Part shown: piece by piece, positions 1-14,045 of the stretch
Layout of the letters: every line of letters starts with the position of its first letter
How positions within the stretch are numbered: position 1 is the stretch's first letter
From: Lingula anatina
Lineage: Eukaryota > Animalia > Brachiopoda
Assembly: GCA_051362555.1 (NCBI GenBank)
Contig: CM120643.1
Span: 21,890,848 to 21,954,847 of the forward strand
Reading direction: 5' to 3'
Length of the DNA: 64,000 bases
The notes under the pieces: generated by a model
The model's input: the letters and a program-made list of their open reading frames with translations, nothing else
Told to the model about the DNA's origin: nothing
Databases searched by the model: none
Program-made: the position numbers and the translations under genes

Positions 1-318
1 TCTCCTTGACAACTGTGTATATTATTATTATTATTAAATAATCTAGCAGGCCATGAATTGGGTAAATATAAAGCAGTTATAAGAACAAACATATTTTATA
101 ATTCACACAGTGCTTGTTTGCAGTAAATGCCTGACTATTATCATGATAATGGATCTTTTCTATCCTGATTCCTTCTTATCTCCTTCTTCTAATATCTAAT
201 TGGAATTATCATTTCCAATTGCCAGCACTTGAAAAGTTTGGTCTCTTCTTTCTATTTATATCAGTTTAGAACACGTCCCTCTTGGCAAGTCACAATACAT
301 CCCTCTACTAAAACCTAC

Positions 319-2776
319 CCTTTTCCTTCTGTGCCCACTTTTGGGCAGTTTGTTGGTCCACTTGGCGCAGTCCACTGTCCACATCAATCTTGTTGCCCAG
401 GGCTATTACTGTCACCTACGTAAAATACAGATAATATCTTGTCCAATAGGTTAAAATGTAGAAAATTCATCCAATAATATTTACCATTGATTATATAATC
501 ATTTTTATGCCAAAACCACGCTAAAAAGATGATTGAACATCATACTATTGTAAAAAGTAATCTAAAAATCATCAGTTTAAAACATATCACTTTCAAATCA
601 CTGTTAATAGTAATTATATCTATTTTAGTAATTTAAACAATATTATTATTTCTATAATTTAAATCACTTCTGAGTCTACTATCACAAAAAAGTTACACAA
701 AGCATGTTATGGAAAAGCTGCAACGGTAAGCAACCTAAAGCCTACACAATTATGCCAATTTCTTATTTAAAAAAATGCCAGCAGAATTTTAACAAACCTC
801 TTTCTTCTCTTTGTGCTTATCAATGTCTTTCTTCAGTTTGTTGATGCAGTTAAAGGAATCAAAGCTGTTGACATCATACACAAGGACAAAACCCTATAAG
901 AAAATAACACGGTTGAATAAAATGGAAGTCAAAAGGGAAAATTTGTTTTCCCTGCTGCATCATCACTAAATGGTCATGTGACGTCACGGCAGTGACAGGT
1001 GATGCTTTCAAAAGCTGAACATTTTTAACTTTTACTTATAATAAATGATTTACAAAATTTTACAGATTTTAATTTTAAAAAAGAAAATGCAATTGGAGCA
1101 TGAACACCCTTTTGCTCAGTCCAGTTTAATGAACCTCACAAAATGATGTATAAATACTTTTTTCTGTATTTTAACATTTATCACAGACACATTTTCACTG
1201 TACTTTATATTTATTAGATGCCAACTGCACTTGCTAGTCCACCATGATCATTGAATTTATGCTAAGCCCCAGCAAGTAATTGGGATATCACCGATAATTT
1301 CCAAACTTTCAACTTACGTCTGCATTTGTGATATAATGTCTTGGCATATCAACCTGAGAGGAGTCCTGCAACAACATTAAACTAACAGCATATTAAGGGA
1401 CTATACAGCAGTATCTCCCAACTCTATAACATACTTTTTCTCCTGTAAATCTTACTGCCAGAGTGATTTGATTCTACAAATTCTATTTGAGTTTTAACAT
1501 GAGGTGCCTGTACAAATAAATGTAAGATGTAACAGCTCCTTCCCTTCAAACATACTAAGATAAGAATTAAAATTGAAACATTTCATGGAGATATGATATT
1601 GCTGAAAAAAATTGTGAAATGGTCGTCAATTCAAATTTAGGAACAAAAATTTAGGATATATAATTATCCATAAATTAAATGATAAACTATAATTGTTAAC
1701 AGAAGTTTTTATTTTACGAATACAAGTCACAGGTGAGGGCTAATTAATATATAATTTTATATGCCAGAAGCATCCCCGAAGTAGAACATCTATAAAAATC
1801 CCTACCAGGCCTGGAGTATCATAGAGCCTCACTTTCTCCTTCACTCCTCTATCTGTGTCTACATAGGCAACATATATATCCTCTATGGTCTTAAATGTTG
1901 GCTGAAAAAAAAATCCACATCAATTTTATATAAATGCAATAAATGTACGTTGATCATATACAATTTTCATCGATAACACATGTGGATAATAAAAAATCCA
2001 CTAGCTATTATAAAAATTTGAAGAATGGTACAAAGGCACATTTATTTATCGATACATTTTACAGTCTTATGTTCCATAATTAATACAATAAGTAATGCAT
2101 ACAGCAGGAAGTCAGTTTGGATGCCATTACAATTGGCAATATATAATTCATATAAATCTATGAATGACATATTTCAATACAGAAATTTTAAAAAAAGGAA
2201 AACAATAAATTTATATATATATATAGAATAATTCTAACTGACCATCTTTCTGGATCTGATGGTCTAAACCTGTCTCTGGCAGGCAATTATCTAACACCAA
2301 TCATCTCTTCCCTGTTAACAGTGTTACAGATTAAAAGGCCAGTATTATAATTCTGGCAATAAAACTCAAAGTGCAAAAATCTCTTCGTATTTGGAGCCAG
2401 GGAAGTGTCAATCACAAATGGGCTTAAAGTCATACTGTCCAGCACTGAGATTTTAATTAGATCGAGTAACTGAAGGAGGCTGAAGCTCAAATCACTGAAA
2501 CAAAGGAAGTGAAGGTGGTCACCCCCCCCCCCCTTTCAGGCCCTTGTATATAATTGTGCAGTCAGTGTACAGTTTCAGATTGCATTATCCTAAGATCCAT
2601 AATGCCTACCGTAATTGCTTGCGAGACATATTGCGTTTGATTTCACACCTTCACACCTATTAACGCGTCATTCTTACCGCTCCAACAATGTGATTGCCAT
2701 ATATTAGCTGCTCTATGATAGCCGTCTTCCCGGTCAGTGTCTGTCCACAGACAACCACTCGCCAGGATTTCCCCAT
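319..2776 (-). CDS. NKIRAS: NF-kappaB inhibitor-interacting Ras-like protein (kappaB-Ras), 5 coding exons; 3' end lies outside the window
   Basis: Spliced minus-strand exons 2776-2678 ([33 protein letters not shown]), 1901-1806 ([32 protein letters not shown]), 1365-1318 ([16 protein letters not shown]), 893-798 ([32 protein letters not shown]), 415-319 ([32 protein letters not shown]). All are GT-AG and in phase. The atypical P-loop, EDIY..TDRGV.E.VR.YDT.GL and GNKxD motifs are characteristic of kappaB-Ras. Confidence 0.93.
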
Positions 2777-3518
2777 TCGGCAACCAGCTGCCCTCTTCGG
2801 ATTTCACGCCAATAAGTGAAGTGCCTGGTATAAAAACGTAAGCCAATCTAATATATTCTCTATTCTATTTCTTCCCTCGGCTACATTTTCTATTACATCA
2901 CAGCAGAGTTACTCATAAACAGAGATGTCCATCCGTGTTCCTTTAGTTCGCCGCTGCCTCGTTTTCGTAAAAATTCACACTATTTATATCCAAATCAATA
3001 CCGAGGTTTTAGTGAATGCAGAGACTATCGACAGCCAGGGATGATGCGCAAGGTCGCAACTAATGCAATTTGAGAAATTGAGCCGAAGACAAATCCATCA
3101 TGCTGATAGACAGAAACTGAATATCAAATTGCGGTTGAGAAGATATTACCTAGAAAAGGGGTAGCAGGTTAAATTCCATGTACGAGTAATTTTACTTCTA
3201 TATTTGTTTAAAATGTAAATGTAAACAAAAATCGGAATTAGTTTTACTTCATGAAAATGAAAATGAAACTGTTATCAATTGACTTGTAGAACAAAGGTAA
3301 TTTTTCAACGAACACTTTTAGAAAAAAGATGTCTTCACTCACCCGGTTGTAAAATAAACTCAACCAGAGCATTGCTGGGAAACCCCAATAGGAAAGAGCA
3401 CGCGAGGCTGACTGTGCACTTGCATCTAAGGTGAAACGTGAATAAATATCTTTCAAGCTTCAGTGTGAAAAAAAGTCGACATGACAATGGCGTCGCTATA
3501 CCATGCCCCAGGCGGATC
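2777..3518. promoter_or_regulatory. Probable bidirectional promoter between NKIRAS and the LRP-like receptor gene
   Basis: Divergent ATGs at 2776 (-) and 3519 (+) are ~740 bp apart, and the interval is visibly richer in CpG than the flanking introns. Confidence 0.6.
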
Positions 3519-4028
3519 ATGAAGACTATTTTGCTCGAGGTTATTTCCATTCTGTCTCTGCTATGTGAAGGTGTGTCTGGATATGGAGGATCACCTCGGC
3601 CAGGAGACGAAGGTAAAGGACGCTCGGTTTGTCTGTAGTCTGTGTGATGTAGTCTTCATGTGCCATCTGTCTGTCGTCTGGTACTATTGTGTAAATTAAG
3701 ATTGCATTATCTGGTAATTGCTGTACTGGTACGTGCTTTGCTTGATTAATCGATAGCTACGAGAATATTGTGTCGTGTGTTTGTGTGTATTGGGGGGGGG
3801 GGGGCTGGTGCGTTTGTCTTCGTTTGCGTTGGCGTGTGTGTGTGTGCTTGCGTGTGCAGGGAGGGGGTGCATGATACCTAACGTTAGTTGTAACTATATA
3901 TGTCATGTATATAGATATTGTTGCCAAATGCATTCTTGTTCCCATGTCAATCCCTTTTATACCCATACAATGATCAGATATTGCCCACTGGTACAATATT
4001 TAAAAGTCATTAAATACTGGTAGTACTG

Positions 4029-4085
<57 letters not shown>

Positions 4086-7000
4086 ATTACTTGGGGTTTT
4101 GTGTATTAAGAATTAAAAATACATGTATATGCTGCCAAAAGCACCGTTAACAATTTTTTCTTTTTGTTCACATCAATTATCCAGTTTTTATCAGCAGTTA
4201 CTGTACGTGTTACTAGTAATAAGTTTCAGACTGATAATCAAAAATGTTATTTGCTAATATGTATTTTTATTCACATGATTGTATTTTACTGATCAGGTTC
4301 AGTGTACTTTTCAAATGGAAGTCATATCCTGAATTTTACCACAGCCGGAGGCTACACCAGACTTGGCATTTTACCACTAACTAAGGTAAGTGGCAAACAT
4401 TTATCAGTTTGTTATTGTATGCAAATTTTGTGGTCACTGTAGCACAATGATCTGGATGCATTAAGATGTTGTTCGCAGCTAGTATTTAAATCAATATTAC
4501 AAGCTGAAACAATATTAATTTTAATTAAAAGTATTTTGACAATTTTCTAGTTCTTATATTTACTTGAATCAATAACTGCATTGTAAACCTATTCAGTCAA
4601 CTGAACGTGTATCAAAGTATGAACAGGTAAAGATGATCAATATTTGGTGACATTGAATGTGATTTTAGAAAACATTACTAAATAGCTAAGTCAGAAAACA
4701 CTTTCCCAACATTTGCACTACTATGCACTTATTGAATGAAGTAAGTATAACCCAGGTGTAATAATTATGTTGGGAAAAGCACCTTTGATGACACAACAGA
4801 AGAATTAAAAGAAAATAACAATATTTCAAGGTGAATGGATAAATATTTGTAGGTTACCATTCATATTATTTTTTAGGAATCTAAAAGTTGAAATACCAGG
4901 AGTTTTTACTTGTCATGTTCAGTGTAGAGTAAATTTGAAATTCCTAGAAACCAAAACATCTTAAAAATTTAATTTAAATTGATTAAGAGTTATCAGATTA
5001 TATGTTATCCAGTAAAACATTGCAGACTTTAGTGACTCCCATTCAAATATGAAACCAGGTGCAAAATAATGGGTTTAATATCTGAGCCACTATCTGCAGA
5101 CACAAAAATTTGATTCTTTACCAGGTGTTTTATGTTACAAATATCAGGTACTTCATTAAGTCATTGGAAGTTTGCCATTTAAGAAAGGTGAAAGAATTGT
5201 AAACCTATGTTACTAAGATTGGAATTTTGCTGGGATTATTACCTTGACAAATTAACCTTCAGGAAAGATATTATCATGGTACTAGTTTTTTTCTAGTAAT
5301 TAAAGCAAAGATATATTGAAATCAACTTTTTTGGAAGGATGAGGTTTGGAAGGCCACATTAGATCTATTTTTACCATGCTAGCAGTTTTTTTTTTTATAA
5401 TAAATTGTACAACTTATTAATTTATTTATCTCTTTTTTTTTAAGGTAGGAGAATGAAAGTCATCTAGGCAAAGTATCTCTCATAATCAAACCAGAAATCA
5501 TTTCACCCATTTTATATATATACTAAATAATAAAATGCCTTTGTGAGAAAATCCTTACTCTAACCATCCTTCTGCTAATAAAGCCCTGTAGAAGCCACAT
5601 GCGTAGGACTTATCTACCTAAATTCACCCCATTTGCGAGGCTCTTACTTTAAACAGGAAGAGTGTCCGACACATCCATCGCAAGACGTTAACCTCAACTA
5701 CATATTAGCTTTATCTGACTTTGGCTCAGTTCAATCTGAATATCTCCTCATGTACCATATCCATCAAGATAATGGCCATTAGTACATTGATTGCAGCAGA
5801 TCTAGATCTGCCCGAGCAGATGGTCCTGATTCTCAGGTTTGTTTTCACTCTGTGATTGCTGTACACCCTACTGCAATGTATGTTGTTATAAAGAGCATGT
5901 GTTCTATTCAGGAAAAAAAAAATTAGGGCTAATTGGTTTTTTGACCAATTTCACATTTTTTTTCATCTTCTAGTTGTATATGTATATAATTTTATGTATA
6001 AAATCAAACTTCAAGTTAGACCATGCAATTTGGATTAAAAATAGTGAGCCTGACCCTTCTGTAATAACAATGATGTTATTTGTTTTAATAGCTACACATA
6101 CTAAGTGTGCTTTATATAATGGCTCACACATCATCCAGATAATCGCATTACTGCAAAGTGCTTCTACATGTAGCTTTATGACCATGTATTTATTTGTGTT
6201 TACATTCATTTAGAGTGTATTTTGGGGAAGACACAGGCATAAAGTAATAGCCTAACAGGTAACAGTCATATACAGTATCTGCAGCAAAAAGGATTAAATT
6301 GGTTGAATGTGACTTTGTTGCTGAAAATTTGATATTTATTATTTATTTGCGAACAAATGTAAATTCCAGCAGACATCTGAATTCCTCACAGAGATTGATA
6401 GCAATAAATTTTACTCAGCTTTTAATCATCAGAAATCCAAACATCAAGAAACACATTTGAAAATTATGTTTTTTAATGAATAAAAAAAGTTGACTTTATC
6501 CAAAAAAGGAAAGTATTAGAACGCTGTCAAAATCTGTATTAACATTGTGTTGGATACCAAATGTTTTACCACTTAATCTGCAAAGTAAATACATACAATT
6601 GGTATATGTATGTACATGTTAGAATAGAAATGAAGAATTTTAAAAAGCAAATTTGAAGTCTTGCTTGAATATGATAATTATTTGTTTTATTACCTTCCTC
6701 AGAATGAAATAAAGAGACATATGTTTATATAATGAATAACTTATTAATCACAATCACCTGGTACCCTTGTTACAGCACTATCTTTGTTCAGTTAAACACC
6801 TGGTGCAAAACTTATTCACTTACTACTTTAAAGGCTGTTAAAATACCCAGTTCACTTGAAATAGACTCACCTGAAGTTTTAGTGGCCCTATTAATTTTGA
6901 ACTGAACCATCTGTTAAAGACATATCCCATGAAGTTAACAGGTAATCTATGACCATTTTGAAATTCTAGGAGCCATTAACCTTGGTAATATTCCATTTAA

Positions 7001-8476
7001 GGTCACAGTGTTCAGGTTGTAATAATCTTTGTCACAGATCTTCACTTGGGGAATCGGGGGTTAATGGCCATTACCCGTAAGCATCAAATGAAAAAGTGAT
7101 AGACAGAATGTAGTCAGATTGCATAAAAATTGACTTATTGCATAAAAATGCATAAAGATCGACAGATTGCTTTATAAGGACAATTGAAGCACTAATTAAT
7201 GCTCCTTGGCCATAAGTACGATTATAGCAAGCACCTGGTATCCCTTACCACATATTGTTTCACATTTTGAATTTCAAAATCAATGACATTAAAAAATGTA
7301 CATGTAGTATAAAGTGATCTCGAGAGGTAGGATATCAATCACAATCATGTAACTAAGACTTATGATAAAAAATTAGAACTTCAATCATGAATCATAACTG
7401 AGAGCATTTAATGTGACATTATCTGTTGACTTTTAAAGAGTGCATCATCTATGTTTGATCATCATCATCATCTAATGTTACAGTAGGAGAACTTACGAAA
7501 TCATGATCCTAGATATTGTGACTTTTTAACATGTTTGTATTTAATTTTCAACATTAAATTTGAGTTAGTCTATAATCTTTCAGTAGTGAAATTTCAGTGA
7601 CTAGTTTTATCGAGCAACTTTTCATGGAACAGTTTTGTTGATTCTACTATTGATAAGACTTCATTAGAATCCAGCAGACAGATAGCCAAGTTAATTGCAT
7701 CCTTGGGGGCTAGAAACCAATCAGAATTGAGTGGAATGCACCTGATTCATTGTTCATGAAACTGATTAACTCAACACAGATCTAATTTAGTATCCAAATA
7801 CTTCTTACAAGAAATACTGTGCATTCTGTTATTTTTATTGTTTATTGGGTTTTACATGATAATGTAATAACTTTGGTTATGTACATACCATAATGTATAT
7901 TTATAATGCACTAATTATTTAAATATCATAAATGATATAATAGCTCCCATTCATGGACTATAGGTTTAAACATGCATCTTACAATGTGTCAACATTGCCA
8001 ATTAAAATATTAAAGCCCTTTAAAATATTTTTAAAATATTTATTAATTAAAATATTACAGAATGATCTTCATTTCGTAATTTTTGATAATAACTTATGAT
8101 TGCATATTAATAATTAAAACTTTTGTACACAAAATGTGCTTAATTGTGTAAATATCATAGAAAACTTTTGTTCCAGCCCATAAGTAGATAAGAAAAATGG
8201 AGTCCCGGCCTGCTATGTGTTTGAATATTTGCATCTTTTCACCACTGCCAAGACCAACATCACTTCAAAGGGCTGTTGGTTTCCTTTGGCCTACATCAAC
8301 AGGAATACATCATACATTCAAAAATCTGTGTCATTCTAGTAGAACTCTTGTTTTAAAAGATCATCAAAAGCTGTCCAGGAACTTTAAAGTGTTGATTTCA
8401 AAATGTTGCCAAGAATATACCTTGAAGTTCTTAAATGCCACTTGACAAAAAAATGAATACATAAATAAAATAAATA

Positions 8477-8513
<37 letters not shown>

Positions 8514-11500
8514 GTAAAGAAAGAAGATGACAATAATAAGAAATAAGAATTTAAATATGGTAAAAGAAACCCTTATTTTATATAGTATACCGTACTAGTC
8601 TAGTGGTAGAAGGCATTAAACCTGAGACTATTTAGGTCTATAAGTTTGTATGCTAAAATGCTTAGTTCCAACAATACAACAATACATGTAAGACAGAGAG
8701 GGAGAAAGAGAATGATATTAGTTAATAATTATAAAAATTAAACATTGGTTTAATTGGAATAAATAACTGTTATATAATCGTGAACCGTTTAAAATTTCCA
8801 GGAACATGGTTATTGCTCACAAATATCAAATATCTCCCTTATTCTGGTTATGTCTTGGTTTCTAAATTCATCCAATTTTTTTTTTATCGTCTAAAAATAC
8901 CTTTTAACATGAACCCAGGTGGTACTGTATTTAAAACCTCGCAATATTTTTTTTCAGATTATGGTATAACTAATATTGCAGAACTCTTGAGAAAACATAT
9001 AACCAATTACATTTCTTCAAACCCACAAATTAACCAACACATCGTACAATTCTTTAGCACTAACAAAGTGATGCCCAGCACTAACACTCATCTGCAGTGG
9101 TAGTGCTGGTTATTGTGGGTTTGGTGGTTAATAAGGGTGTTGATGCTAAAAGATCTGTGGGTAGTGTTAGTAAATGCCTTATCCATTTATAAGGCCTGTA
9201 TGAGTAACCAGCACCATATGCCTGTCAAAATTACCAAACATCACTGCCACAGAGTACAGCAAGTCCAGACAGGAAGACGGTCAAATTACCAAGAATTTGC
9301 TAACCCAGCATGCAGGTAGCTGAGTTAGGGCTTGAAAGGTCTCGGATTCTCATTTGTGTGATAAAAAACATAACTCAGTTTTGGGGAAGATAACGTGTTA
9401 TATAAACTTGGCAAGCTGCTAGTCATAGGTGGATTCCTCTGATATTAGTGTGGGTGTATGAAACTTATTTTTAATCAGCCTGGGGGTGAATATTCCAATT
9501 CTAGGAGTTTCTCTTTAGTATTGATTTATTGTTATTATTCATTTTGTTAGTCAAAAAGTTGCCCTATCTATTAGCTCATTCTGCAAAATAAAAGTCATGC
9601 ATGTCAGGAGTTCTTATAGATCATTAATTTTTAATAAAAGCAGTGCCGCATTTAAATGCATTGTTTGACAAGTTGACAGAATTCAATTAAATGACACAAA
9701 AACTGTTCAGAGAGCCTTGCTTAGGCAAGGGGTGACAATTACACTCAAGAATATAAATCAAATTTGCCCCCCAAAATTTTTTGTAAAACTGAAAGAAAGG
9801 TCGACAAGGACTGCTTATAATTTGATTAATTTCAATGGAATCTAACAATTAATGGAATCTTACAATTTATTGCCTTCAGAGAAACCATACCCGTATCGTT
9901 GGGCTGGCCGTGGATGTGGATGATGGAGTCCTTTTCTGGTCGGATATCAGCGTGGAAAACAGAGGGATCTATACAACTTCTCTCACTGCACTGGATGAAA
10001 GGAAAATTATTGCAGGTATGGCAGAAATTCTCTTTGATGTTGTTTTGTATGGAAACTGAGTCATGATGCTTACAGCTGGGGTACAGTGTTATGAAGAATT
10101 TGAAGAAAAGGATAAAAAGCTTATAACTGATGTTATAAGTAATATTGGTGTTTCTAGTATGACAATGACCTGTTGGATGTGACCTTGATGTGTTGATGTG
10201 GCATTGAATTGTTGGATGTGACAAAAAACTGTCTGATGTGACATTTGAATTGTTGCATGTGACAGTGAATTGTTGCATGTGACAATGAACTGTTGGATAT
10301 TACAGTTAAATTGTTGAATGTGACATTTATGTCTTGATGTGACATTGAATTGTTGGATGTGACAGTGAGTTATGAGTTATGACATTTGTCTCTCTAGGTG
10401 TAACGGTTATATCTTTATAATATGTGATTGTCTCAATGATGTGGCTACTAGTATATATGACAGTGAACTATTGTTTTTCACAGTAAGCTTTAGTGGCGCA
10501 TGACATAATTATATGTTTATGCCATAGACTGCATTCCCACAAATTTTAGATTGATCTATCCCCGTGGGGAGTCTCACTAGATTACTGTTAGCTAGTTAGC
10601 CGGCTTAAATGTCTGTCCCACCTACTGAAAGCTGTAAGGGGGTAATTAACTTCCGTGCGCACTCGGCTGATAGCAATGTACCGAAAACCCCTAGGGAGTT
10701 AGGTCGATCCAGATGGATCAATCTAAATCTGTGGGAATGCAGTCATAGTGATGTTAAGGATGTCTCTGGATATAACTATGAAATGACTCAAATATGACAA
10801 TTGTATATTTACATATCAGAGAGGTACATGCCTGTCCTTGAAGTCTGTGGTTGACATTGTGCTGTGTCTGAATGTAGTGGCAACATTGACAATGCTAGTT
10901 TTTGAAAGTAGGTTAATTACATACTGTATAATATAATATAATATAATATAATATAATATAATATAATATAATATAATATGTATATATACTCCCAAGAAAA
11001 TCCAAATTTTTCTTTGAAAAACACTATATAGACTATATCTTAATCTAAAAGGTTTGAAGAAAATGAAAGAGATTTCAGTTTCTGTCCAATTTACAGGATG
11101 TCTTGATAAGAAAATTAAGATTTGACAGACAGGTGCATAAAGACAGTTAAAATGTGTACAGCATATCTCCACAAAATCATTTATTTACACAGACAGGAAA
11201 AAGTAAAAACCATCTCTAGTGCCTGAGGAACATCAGGCTAAAAAAAGTAATTTAAGACCAGACGGGCCTCTAGGAATTTGTCTAGAATTTCGAAAAAAAA
11301 ACTAACATGCTTAGGTCAAGTGTAAATTGGCAGAAAAGCCACCTCACCTTTTTGTACATGAGTGACCCCAGCAACTTGGATTCCACAGCCATTTCACCTT
11401 CATTACCTTGTGATATTTAGTGGAGTAGAAGACAGGTTGAGATATGCTGAAGATTTATTGCTTCAGGCAACAGGTTGTGAAGCTTTTTTTTTCAAGAGAA

Positions 11501-14000
11501 TTTGAAAGCATCTTAACGATGGTCAAATAGGAACCTAATGAGGGGTGTGGTTTTTGTTGTCTTTACATGTTTCTGAAAGATTTCTTTCCACCTCTTGAAA
11601 GGAAAAAAACATGGAAATTAATTAAGATTTGAGTATTACATTTACAGCCCGGGGTTCAAAGTCTATCAAATTCCCAAAGAACATTTATTGGGATTCCATC
11701 TTTCATTGATGACTGCGGTCAGTGTTGTAAAAAAAAAAAGGGTGTGGATGATTTCATCTCTGAGATAATTGACTGCAGCGTTATCTTTCAACTCTGAGGA
11801 ACTGCTAGTTCAAGCAGGGCGTGTTCATATCCTGCTTGGTATTTCCTTTCCACTTACCTTAACCATTTGTATGCACAGTGTCTTCCAAAGCACTGCAGAA
11901 TGTTTATACACAACATTTTTTTGACAAGTGTGTTCCCTTTATATTTTTCTTATCAATATCCTAGGAAAAGAGAAATTAGTCCTGAGTACACGCAACGTAA
12001 AAGATGTACATTACAGTACGGTATGTACTAGAATGTCAGTTACACAAAAATGATCTTGACATCTTTTGTCTGTTTTGCTGATTACATAAATTAAAGATTA
12101 AACCATGATAATACAAAATTTTGTGCACCATTATTTAGAGGAGTGAAAGTGTGATTTGCATAAAAAGTAGGGAATTTTTTCTATTTATGTTTTAGTAAAA
12201 TAACTGAAAATTGTGAATATTCAGTAACGAAAGTTCATTTGCTGGTCAGATTTTTTAATGGTCAGAGCTATATCAAATTTTCTTTTCTAACGAATATTAG
12301 ACATTTGGTGAGTGTTAATTTATACTCCAGAAATTTCTCAATTATTTTTAGTTTAAAAAAATTCAAATTTCTCAACTGGATCTTAAAAATTATATAAAAA
12401 ATGACCACTTTTAACACGTTTACCTAACTTAAATCATAAGATTATTTTAAAAACTCAGTTCTGAAATGTTCAACTTAAGCTTTTAAGTGCCTTATATCAG
12501 TAAAGATGTATGCCAAATGTTAACAACTTATAATGCTCTTCTTCAATCATCTATTACAAGGCTAGCATGAATATAATAGAAAATACAGATAAGATAAAAA
12601 ATTAATGATTTAGTATAAAGTGCAGATCATATTAATATGTTACTTATTTATACAATTTAGGTACATGTGCTTTGTACAGGTGTATACATTTCTCAGGTGT
12701 ATACAATGTGCACAGGTGTGCAGTGTGTTCATAAAGCATATGGCCCATGTTATGTTTCTGAGCTGGAGAAAAGCCACCATTATTTTAAGGTAGTTCATAA
12801 ATAGAGAAATGATACAGTGCCATTGGAGCCTAATCATGCCGTGATAGATCAAAGGAAAAAAGAGTAAAGTGCGTAATGACAAGAACTGCAGGATACAAGT
12901 ATACACGCACACACATAAATGTAAAGAGAGAGAGAGGGAGATCAGGAAATTTCCTTTGTGCTGGGCATGAATCTTTATATTTCTTTTTTGAAACCTCTAT
13001 GCAGAATGATGCTATGGTTTTTAATATTCTTTTTTTGTGATTGATCTTTTTATGTCAAGCTAGTACTGCTTTGGACATTTTGAATTAGTTCAAGTAGAAT
13101 AGTATGAAACAGTTTAGCTTATAGTGTTTGGGAAACTTTTGGGCATATTTTTCACCATGAATTTGTGATAAGCAAAGGCCATAATCAGTTGTATACTATA
13201 AGATATTAAGATAAATACTCAGACCCAGTTTAAGTTCCTGGAAGTCAGCAAGTCCACAGAGACTCTAGCTGAGGCTTTCCTATCCGCTGCCACTCTTCCA
13301 CAGGATGCTTCAGGTTTTTTTTTTTTTTTTTGTACTTCTTTGGAGATCAAGCTAAAGCTAGCTGGCCTGAACTGAATTTTTTTATTACATAACATAAGAG
13401 GGCGTCAAAAAATTTACCTTGTAAAAATATATTGTACTATCTTACAGTCTGCAATTTATGAACACTGCAATGACACAGACACAGTGACAATTGTTTCTTC
13501 TGCACCATCTTGCATCAGCCAGTGTGCAATTTGTATTAATACTTGGTAGTTTGAAATTTTTTTGCAAATATCTTGGTCTGCTTGTTTGTATATTTTTTTG
13601 TTCACTTTTCTATTCACAATAGAGGCCACAGTACATTTAAGTATATGTCCAAAGCTTAATATATATTAAGCAATCAATGAAATATATAATTTCAACTTTA
13701 TTGATCTACTTAATATTCATTTGAATTACCATCTTTGAACAATTGGTTTATCTCAATAAATTAATTAACAATCAACAAAATCATCTTGAACTGTATTTCC
13801 AGACTGTGGGGAAGTCCATGGACTGTCAGTGGACTGGCTGAGTAACCAAGTCTACTGGACAGACACCACCAAGAAAGAGGTGCTGGTCTCAGACTATGAC
13901 GGGAAATACACCAAGACCATTGCTTTCTCTGGTATGCTGTGGCCAAGGGGAATAGTGGTGGACCCTATCCACAGGTTAGTCACACGCGCGCGCGCGTGCA

Positions 14001-14045
<45 letters not shown>

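Noticed and set aside
5657-5836. Exon-like segment with AG/GT boundaries in intron 2 of the receptor gene
   Set aside because: It has stops in all three frames, and the neighbouring exons 4297-4385 and 9880-10015 already join in phase.
8590-8660. Possible tRNA-derived SINE head (also ~61720-61775)
   Set aside because: Only a vague A-box or B-box resemblance; no cloverleaf, tail or TSD could be supported.
10160-10385. Regularly spaced repeats superficially like a CRISPR array
   Set aside because: These are tandem degenerate units with no unique spacers, in a eukaryotic intron with no cas genes.
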